Source: a virus
Reading direction: 5' to 3' (one strand)
IMG/VR virus record: IMGVR_UViG_3300029911_000010
Span: 40,428 to 104,427 of that record
DNA: 64,000 nucleotides
Positions 55,589-62,120 of this stretch are shown here, piece by piece. Every line of letters starts with the position of its first letter. Position 1 is the first letter of the stretch. The notes under the pieces were generated by a model that was not told the DNA's origin, searched no databases, and worked only from the letters and a program-made list of their open reading frames with translations. The position numbers and the translations under genes are program-made.

Positions 55589-55646
55589 TGCTGCTCGTCC
55601 GTGAGCGGCACAGATCGATATTACTCCGCAGAAGGTTTATCGACCA
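55589..55646 (-). promoter_or_regulatory. Promoter plus CsrA-hairpin cassette, copy 2
   Basis: TGGTCG-17-TAATAT then GCUC-ACGGAC-GAGC; similar in sequence to copy 1. Confidence 0.55.
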
Positions 55647-55813
55647 GCGATCATGATTTGCGGTAGAAATGCTTGACCGGATCGCGGACTTCGATCATCC
55701 ACCAGCGGTAGGCGACAAACCAGAAGGCCGTCATCGACCAGCCGAATATCGGCTCGCCGCATCCGCTCCAAATACGGCTGAGAAACCGCCGGCTCAGTCA
55801 GATGGACACCCAT

Positions 55814-56104
55814 TCAACCATTTGCTCGATCATCTTTTTTCTCGACAAATACAGGAACGTAGTCGCCTCCTGTCCTGAGGCTCTGATCAAACTTCCGGCA
55901 GTTGCTGGCAAACTGTTCCGGGTCGGCGATCAGTTGCGGGCAGAATTCGATCCCGACGAGCTTGGCCAGATCCGTGTATATGTCACGCCAGCACAAATCG
56001 TCGGCTCGTCGGGTCACTACTTTGCGGATAGCGTGATGGAGCTTCAATATTTCGGCTTTAAGCTCCTGGTTGTTCATCGCGTCGATGTCTAAGTCTTTGC
56101 TCAT
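55814..56104 (-). CDS. Hypothetical protein
   Basis: ATGA-coupled small ORF. Confidence 0.55.
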   Translation of the reverse strand: MSKDLDIDAMNNQELKAEILKLHHAIRKVVTRRADDLCWRDIYTDLAKLVGIEFCPQLIADPEQFASNCRKFDQSLRTGGDYVPVFVEKKDDRANG

Positions 56105-56415
56105 AGGTTTATCTCCGCCGGCTTAGCCTTCTTGATTACATCCCTGAATAACGTCAGCTCGTACTTCTCGAACACAGAGTATTCGCCGTCGACGGGCATG
56201 TGGAATGGATCGCCGGGCTCGTACTGATCGACCCGGTACAGTGATTCATCAAAGTCACGAGATCCAGCCATGACGCGAAAGCGGAAGAAGATGTCCGGGC
56301 CGCCTTTGTATTCCGGGTACGACTCGACCTTCATGAACAGGCCGGCCTTGCTCTTCTCAGTGAACAGCACGCCGTTCGGCTGGTTGACCAGTTCGTAGAA
56401 ACTCAGCTTGAGCAT
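56101..56415 (-). CDS. Hypothetical protein
   Basis: Part of a tightly packed small-ORF array. Confidence 0.55.
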   Translation of the reverse strand: MLKLSFYELVNQPNGVLFTEKSKAGLFMKVESYPEYKGGPDIFFRFRVMAGSRDFDESLYRVDQYEPGDPFHMPVDGEYSVFEKYELTLFRDVIKKAKPAEINL

Positions 56416-56421
56416 GATGCC

Positions 56422-56628
56422 TCACGTCAGGGTGCCAACAATGTTCTCCAGTTCGACGGCGACAGCCCGGTAGATCACCGACCGTGTTTCCTGCTGAGGA
56501 ATTGACAGCGCATCGTTGGGAGTATCGGCCGACTCGCGGATAGCCTGGGCCAGCAACGCCAACACCAATCCTGGGCCGTGCTGATTTACGACACCAATCA
56601 GCACGTTCTTTAATTCCGCCGTGGTCAT
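56422..56628 (-). CDS. Hypothetical protein
   Basis: ATGA-coupled. Confidence 0.5.
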   Translation of the reverse strand: MTTAELKNVLIGVVNQHGPGLVLALLAQAIRESADTPNDALSIPQQETRSVIYRAVAVELENIVGTLT

Positions 56629-56837
56629 GTCAGTATCTCCTTTTCGCGAATGAAATGCTTGCAGACCTTGCCGCAGCCGTCATGATCACCTAACACGTCG
56701 CGAAAAATGAGGTCGCACTTGCCGCAGCGCTCACACCAACCGCCCGGCATGGACCAGCAATGCAACCCCAGCCAGCAAGGCGACCAGGGATGATGACCGG
56801 CAATGAACAGGTACAGCTGGTGAAACAGGTATCGCAT
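56625..56837 (-). CDS. Small Cys/His-rich protein
   Basis: C..GLH.W....CERCG. Confidence 0.5.
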   Translation of the reverse strand: MRYLFHQLYLFIAGHHPWSPCWLGLHCWSMPGGWCERCGKCDLIFRDVLGDHDGCGKVCKHFIREKEILT

Positions 56838-56845
56838 GGCTCACA

Positions 56846-57799
56846 TCATACAGCGGGCACGGCTGCCTGCCCATTACCGTTGTAACTTGGTGTTCCAGTA
56901 TATCCCTCGGACAGCTTTGATCGTTGAAACGCAGAATCGGTCTTGCGCCGGTTAATCATCGCATCCCGCATCCTCTGTCGTCGCTCGGGAGTCCAGGAAG
57001 CCCGCTGCTTGGCCCGGCCGGCTTCCTTACGAGCTTGCTTATCCGCTGTCTCCTGCGCTGTTGGGTCACGCCGGGGTGATTCAGGCTCGGTCTCAGACTC
57101 ACGCTCACGCGGAATAGGCGGCGAACGATACGGCAAATCAGGATGGGCCAGATGCCCGTTGATGGTGACCTGCCCGACCGACAGGTGCTTGCGGCTTCGC
57201 CCCAGCGCCAGCTCGTCAACCAGGGCGTCGTCGGCTTCCTGTCCGATACTGCCGGCTGCCTTCTCTATAGCCTGCTGTGCGCTGACCATCAGGCCGCGAT
57301 CTTGAGGTGAGACCACCAGACGCTCCAGCAGGCAACTCAACACCTGCAAGCCGCCGTTGATCACCCGCAGAACGTTGGCCCCGGTCAGGCGAGTCAGCTC
57401 CAGTTGCGACCCGTCGTGGTAGTATCGCACGAGCATGTTGACGTCCAGCGGGATGTCGCCACGCTCGTCCGTGTAAGGCGGGGCTTCCAGCACCAGCTTG
57501 GCAGGCTCGGGCTCGTCCACCGCCTTTACCTCCACGGCAGCCGGCGGGTTGTACGGTGCAGCCAGCGGGTGGATTTCGCCCTTGGGCAAGGGAACCACGG
57601 CGGGAACCGGGGAACCGACAGGGAAGAAAGGGAACATCAGCGGCTCGTTGCGCTGGTTCTCTCGGGCAAAGCCGTGCAGCTCATTGACAAACTGCATCCA
57701 CAGCGCTGCCAGCTGCATGGGCACCTGGCAGTCCACCTTCTGCATCAAGATGGTATAGGTGGCAATGACGTCTTCCAGCGTTTGATCTTCCTTGACCAT
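56846..57799 (-). CDS. Hypothetical protein with NUMOD-like basic tail
   Basis: WTPERRQRMRDAM. Confidence 0.55.
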   Translation of the reverse strand: MVKEDQTLEDVIATYTILMQKVDCQVPMQLAALWMQFVNELHGFARENQRNEPLMFPFFPVGSPVPAVVPLPKGEIHPLAAPYNPPAAVEVKAVDEPEPAKLVLEAPPYTDERGDIPLDVNMLVRYYHDGSQLELTRLTGANVLRVINGGLQVLSCLLERLVVSPQDRGLMVSAQQAIEKAAGSIGQEADDALVDELALGRSRKHLSVGQVTINGHLAHPDLPYRSPPIPRERESETEPESPRRDPTAQETADKQARKEAGRAKQRASWTPERRQRMRDAMINRRKTDSAFQRSKLSEGYTGTPSYNGNGQAAVPAV

Positions 57800-57815
57800 G
57801 ACGATCTTCCTTGCG

Positions 57816-58106
57816 TTACTGCCCGTTGGGCTGCATGGGGGTTGTCGGAATCAGCTCGAACGTGACATAGCGGCCCTGACTCGCGACATTCCACTGCACT
57901 TTCCAGTGCTCACTGTACGCCTTGGTGATCCGGTCCTGCAAGCACAAGTTGGGCACGATGCCGCACCGGACAATATCAAGAGTTCCGCTCAACGCTGGAA
58001 TGGGATGATTGTCATCCTCGTTGAACAAGGCGTCCAGCTGAATGTCGATGAAGTTGGTGATGTGCTCGAAGGCGTCATCACCGGTGCATTGAAGTGGCGT
58101 GATCAT
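57816..58106 (-). CDS. Hypothetical protein
   Basis: AGGA SD. Confidence 0.5.
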   Translation of the reverse strand: MITPLQCTGDDAFEHITNFIDIQLDALFNEDDNHPIPALSGTLDIVRCGIVPNLCLQDRITKAYSEHWKVQWNVASQGRYVTFELIPTTPMQPNGQ

Positions 58107-58126
58107 GTTGTTCCTGATTAAACTGG

Positions 58127-59428
58127 TTAAGACTGCAAAAGAGGTTTAGAACTTACGGGTATCAGCTTGGTGACCTTGCGAACCGGCCGGCGGCGCAGCT
58201 CCTCGCTCAACGTGGGCTTTAGCTCGGCGGCAAGCTTGGTCACGCCGCCGGGCAGCAGATCGTTTAACACCGCTGCGACTATTTCCGGGGTAAGGTCATG
58301 GGCTTCGTCAAATAAAAGACTAACCCTATGGTTCAGCGGGTTCGACTGCTGATAATGACGCAAAACATCGGTCAGAGTAGCGCCGGCATCACCCAGGCTA
58401 TCGTTGGATTCTACCGGCGGCGCGGGATTGGCGTCTGCATCGGCCACGGCGTCAGGCAGGGCAGCCGGCGGCATGATCGGCGGCACCCAGCTGTCTTCAC
58501 GCATCCGGGCACGGGTGAAGTCATTGACTATCTGGTCTGCGGCGGCAGCCATGGAATCCTGCTCGGCCACCATCTCACGTATTTCTTGCGCTGGGTCGAT
58601 GCCCATACTGTGCAGGATAGCTTGCTCGTTGTACTGCCGAAGGCGATCCACGTACTCCCGCGACGCTGCTCCGCCGTCGCGGTTAGGCATCCCGAGATAT
58701 TCACGTACGAACGCATCGCCGTTTCGATTGATGTACGGCGTGCCGATATGGCTACCCTGACCGGTCGTTGAGACACCAACTGAACCCTCGGGACCTTGCG
58801 GGCCTGGATCTCCCGGCGGCGGCTCAATGTACGCAGTCGGCGATATTGACGAAAACGGGATAATCGTCTGTTCGGGTCTTGGCCGCATGCGAGTGGTCAT
58901 CGTGCGGATGGCTGCCCCGCTGACGCCGTCGATGGCGTACTGGCGGATCTCGTTGAGAATGCTGCGGTAGTAGCCGGCGTAGTAGCTCACGTCGTCGGTG
59001 TCGACGCCGCTGTCCTGAACGCCGCAGCCTCGGGGAAGGTAAACCTGACGTCCACTGTCAGGCCGATCGTCGTTCTCCAGTGACATTGTCGCCGCCCGCC
59101 AGGGCAGCCAGTAATGCCGGTAGATCGGGCCGTTAGCCGACAGGTTGCAGTTGAACGCAGGACGCCACAGACGCGGCAGATCACGCGGCCCCCACAGCAG
59201 CTCGTGAAAGTTGCCGTTGAACCACAGATCAGGCACGCCCATCAGGTTGGTCATGGCCTGGTACAAGTTGGAAGCCGAGCCCGGCGCAACCGTTCGCAGA
59301 CCCCACCACGGATTGAGATACAGATCATGGCCGACCTGGTTGCTGTACTCCGTAAGCGAGTCGTGTGTTTCAGACCGATACAGCAACGACTGAGCTGGTG
59401 ATTGTCGAGCTGGGGGTGCTTCGCTCAT
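58127..59428 (-). CDS. Mosaic hypothetical protein containing a capsid-like fragment
   Basis: NDFTRARMRED versus capsid NDFTRTKMRED; GGAGG SD. Confidence 0.65.
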   Translation of the reverse strand: MSEAPPARQSPAQSLLYRSETHDSLTEYSNQVGHDLYLNPWWGLRTVAPGSASNLYQAMTNLMGVPDLWFNGNFHELLWGPRDLPRLWRPAFNCNLSANGPIYRHYWLPWRAATMSLENDDRPDSGRQVYLPRGCGVQDSGVDTDDVSYYAGYYRSILNEIRQYAIDGVSGAAIRTMTTRMRPRPEQTIIPFSSISPTAYIEPPPGDPGPQGPEGSVGVSTTGQGSHIGTPYINRNGDAFVREYLGMPNRDGGAASREYVDRLRQYNEQAILHSMGIDPAQEIREMVAEQDSMAAAADQIVNDFTRARMREDSWVPPIMPPAALPDAVADADANPAPPVESNDSLGDAGATLTDVLRHYQQSNPLNHRVSLLFDEAHDLTPEIVAAVLNDLLPGGVTKLAAELKPTLSEELRRRPVRKVTKLIPVSSKPLLQS

Positions 59429-59445
59429 ACATCCTCCATGATAAC

Positions 59446-59546
59446 TACATCCGGCAGGAGTCGAACCTGCGAACCCCTCGGTCTCGCCCTGCAGGGGGCA
59501 CCTCGGGGTTTACCTGCGTACCATTAAGCCACTCTGGCACGGACGT
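59446..59546 (-). ncRNA. tRNA-like RNA with aberrant anticodon arm
   Basis: Acceptor ACGUCCG/CGGAUGU, D arm CCAGAGUGGCUUAAUGG, T arm GCAGG-UUCGACU-CCUGC; no canonical anticodon stem-loop. Confidence 0.75.
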
Positions 59547-59549
59547 ACG

Positions 59550-59840
59550 TCATTCGCTTTCGGCCACCCGGATATTCTTGATCTCGTGCAGTGGCTGTTG
59601 GATGGTTGTCCCGTGATAGTCAAAGACCGCCACCGGGATCACACTGACCACCTCGGACTTGCGGCCCATGTCGCTGACCGTCTCGGTTACTATCTTGCTG
59701 GAGATCTTCACAGTTTGTTCGTGCCCGTCCGGAAACTTAACCAGCAGCTTGCCACTCTTAGGTATTTTGAACTCTACGCTGCCGACAAACACCTTGCGGC
59801 TGCCCCAGTCGTTCTCGTATTTAATCTTGGCCCATTTCAT
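59550..59840 (-). CDS. Hypothetical protein
   Basis: GGGAG SD; 96 aa. Confidence 0.6.
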   Translation of the reverse strand: MKWAKIKYENDWGSRKVFVGSVEFKIPKSGKLLVKFPDGHEQTVKISSKIVTETVSDMGRKSEVVSVIPVAVFDYHGTTIQQPLHEIKNIRVAESE

Positions 59841-59849
59841 TGCTTCTCC

Positions 59850-60359
59850 CTAGCTTTGATATCCGGCGGGAATCACACACTTGAGAGCATACCGTTCGGT
59901 AGTTCCAGGGATCAGCTCGATACCAATAACCGTTACCGTCTTACCGGCGATCGTCCGCTGGTGGCCGATCGCCCCTTCCCAGATCCTTATATTGCTATTG
60001 CCGTCAACTTGCCAGCTCACGTATCTGGCCTCCGGCACCGGCCCAGGATCGGCGGTGGGAATCAGCTTGAAAATCTCCTCTTGATCCCGTTTGACCAGCA
60101 ACTGCACCCGCGCGGGGTCTCGCCACGGGATAGCCTGAAAGGTCTTGTAAAAATCATCCAGGTTGGCGCAGTTCTTGGCCGCCACGTACACGGAGCACTC
60201 CATGTACTTGGTGCCGCCGGCCAGGTAATCGACGCGGACAAGGTCCACGCCGCTTTCCCTGGACAGCCGCTTGACCAACTCGTGAGGCTCGCCCTGCTTC
60301 TCGTTGCCGTCATCCTCGCTGCAGCTGAGGATTAGAACAAAGTTGGTGACCACGCTCAT
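59850..60359 (-). CDS. Hypothetical protein
   Basis: GGGAG SD; 169 aa. Confidence 0.6.
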   Translation of the reverse strand: MSVVTNFVLILSCSEDDGNEKQGEPHELVKRLSRESGVDLVRVDYLAGGTKYMECSVYVAAKNCANLDDFYKTFQAIPWRDPARVQLLVKRDQEEIFKLIPTADPGPVPEARYVSWQVDGNSNIRIWEGAIGHQRTIAGKTVTVIGIELIPGTTERYALKCVIPAGYQS

Positions 60360-60528
60360 CGCTTCTCCCTTCGCGGGATTCGCAGCACCCGCAGAAACCA
60401 GTGAAACATCATCTCAAATACACCCCGGACCCGACCCATGTCCTGAGTCGGCCGGCCGCACCGGGGACAGAAGTTGGCTCTCTGCCGCACCTCGCAGCAG
60501 ACCGGGCACCAGCGGACGTAGATCTTGT

Positions 60529-60819
60529 TCATGTGCTACCCCTTATGCCGAGGTATTGCCAGTAAGTCCTTTCGTCTTCGTCCATCATGTCCTTGATGGC
60601 GTTGTCGCTGAGCACTGCCCGGATATCCATTTTCCAGGTCCTCAACTCGTCGACGTCCTTGGTGAACCTGGGCGTCATGAGCTTGTGCCAAACCCGGCGA
60701 GGCTGGCACCACTTGCTCAGCCAGGCAAGACAGCGCTCCAAAAGCCCCGGCGTGGCAGCTAGCGGAGCCAAGGGCACAGCAACGAAGAAACGACTGAGGA
60801 ATTGACGACGGCTAAGCAT
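60529..60819 (-). CDS. Twin-arginine N-terminus fused to a 30-aa major-capsid fragment
   Basis: MLSRRQFL; 28/30 aa identity to capsid residues encoded at 5127-5216. Confidence 0.75.
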   Translation of the reverse strand: MLSRRQFLSRFFVAVPLAPLAATPGLLERCLAWLSKWCQPRRVWHKLMTPRFTKDVDELRTWKMDIRAVLSDNAIKDMMDEDERTYWQYLGIRGST

Positions 60820-61006
60820 GACTGGCCTTCTGATAACTCTCTACAACGGCTAGAAGCTGTATGTACAGCGTCTCCTCGTCAGTCTGTTCTACTCTATCCA
60901 TCACGTCCAGCACGAACTGACGGATGGACTCTATACGATCAACGGGCTCGGCGTCATCAAGACCGTCGACATATTCGTTGCGAAGTTGTCCAAGAGGAAG
61001 TTCCAT
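60812..61006 (-). CDS. Small acidic hypothetical protein
   Basis: 64 aa; operon geometry. Confidence 0.5.
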   Translation of the reverse strand: MELPLGQLRNEYVDGLDDAEPVDRIESIRQFVLDVMDRVEQTDEETLYIQLLAVVESYQKASHA

Positions 61007-61008
61007 GG

Positions 61009-61260
61009 CTACTCTGCTTTCTGTTCTTCCATCGCCGCGATCGCCGTCTTCTCCGCTTCCAGCTGCCCAATCCGCCGTTGCAGATACCAGACAGCCTTCT
61101 GTAGATCTTCCGACGTGTCAGCCGCCTTCTTGCCGGCCCTGGAAATGTATTTGACTGCGTTGCCCAGGCAAAAGTCCAAATCCCACGCCTCGATCACTTT
61201 GATCGCCTCGTAAGGATTGTCCTTGCCGCCGTAATGTGCCGGGTGGTTGACTCTGCTCAT
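61009..61260 (-). CDS. DUF3310 family protein (T7 gp1.7-like)
   Basis: VNHPAHY...EAI..I....FCLGNAVKYISRAGKK...EDLQKAVWYL. Confidence 0.88.
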   Translation of the reverse strand: MSRVNHPAHYGGKDNPYEAIKVIEAWDLDFCLGNAVKYISRAGKKAADTSEDLQKAVWYLQRRIGQLEAEKTAIAAMEEQKAE

Positions 61261-61262
61261 GA

Positions 61263-61994
61263 TCAGGCTCCCGCGTCTCCGAATTCCTGTTTCAGCTTCA
61301 AGTACGTCTGGCGGCGAACTTCCAGCCGCTCCGCCTCCTCGGCCTTCGCTGCCTCGGCCTCTTCCTTCTCACGCACGGCGGTGAGGTTGAGCGTATGGCT
61401 GGCAGCTTTGACGAAGATGGTGGCCGTCTGCACGGACGGTCCAATACTGTCCTCGCTGGTGCCGCCGTGCGACTGGATGATCTCCATAGCCTCCTGGATT
61501 GCCGCCTGCGTGACCGTTGTGCAGTCGGGATGCTTGGCCCTGGTCTGCATCGGCACCAGCTTCTCGCCGCAGCTGATCGAATAGTCGCAGCCCTGGCCGA
61601 ACTGCTTCATGTACAGGAAGAAGTCGGCCGACACGGCTTCTTCCTTGCGCTTCTCTTCCTGTGTAGGCGGGGCTTCCAGCCCGTGATGTCTTCGCCCGTA
61701 TTGATCCACCTGATCGTTGACCACGATGAGGTTGGCCACGGCAGTACAGTTGACCACGATGAGGTTGGCCACGGCAGTACAGTCGGAGACCACCGAGGTG
61801 ACCTTGCCTAACACGGACGGGTCGTAGACTTCCACCTTGCCGGTCAGCGAGCCGTCTGCCTCGCGGTCGATCCTGACAACGGCTTGATCCTTGGCGATAC
61901 CGGCCAGCCGCAGCGCCGTGGTGATCTCCCGGCGGGCGTCCTCGGGTGTCTTGCCGTCGCCGGTCATGTCGATGGTCTTGTCGGTTTTGAGCAT
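61263..61994 (-). CDS. Hypothetical protein
   Basis: Start re-called at ATG 61994 after AAGGA; internal 11-aa duplication. Confidence 0.55.
   Translation of the reverse strand: MLKTDKTIDMTGDGKTPEDARREITTALRLAGIAKDQAVVRIDREADGSLTGKVEVYDPSVLGKVTSVVSDCTAVANLIVVNCTAVANLIVVNDQVDQYGRRHHGLEAPPTQEEKRKEEAVSADFFLYMKQFGQGCDYSISCGEKLVPMQTRAKHPDCTTVTQAAIQEAMEIIQSHGGTSEDSIGPSVQTATIFVKAASHTLNLTAVREKEEAEAAKAEEAERLEVRRQTYLKLKQEFGDAGA
61716..61781. repeat. 33-bp perfect tandem duplication (CTAVANLIVVN x2)
   Basis: 61716-61748 is identical to 61749-61781. Confidence 0.9.
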
Positions 61995-62019
61995 ATCTTT
62001 CCTTTCAGTTGTGCCTGCT

Positions 62020-62047
62020 ATTTTGCCCTGTTCGGGTGAAAGGTCAA
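62020..62047 (-). promoter_or_regulatory. Promoter with palindromic operator in the spacer
   Basis: TTGACC-TT-TCACCCGAACAGGGCA-AAAT; weak -10. Confidence 0.5.
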
Positions 62048-62053
62048 GAGCCG

Positions 62054-62082
62054 ATAAAATGAGCCGGCGGCGGGCCGGCTCA
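62054..62082 (-). terminator. Intrinsic terminator
   Basis: UGAGCCGGC-CCGCC-GCCGGCUCA followed by UUUUAU. Confidence 0.7.
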
Positions 62083-62120
62083 GGAGCGTTACAAATCAAC
62101 TTTTGCGGTGAAGCCAACTT

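Noticed and set aside
59446-59546. UGA suppressor tRNA explaining the RNAP stop
   Set aside because: No UCA anticodon and no canonical anticodon loop
61716-61781. 33-bp duplication as a functional repeat or CRISPR remnant
   Set aside because: Two adjacent in-frame copies with no spacer; most simply slippage. No CRISPR array is seen anywhere in the window
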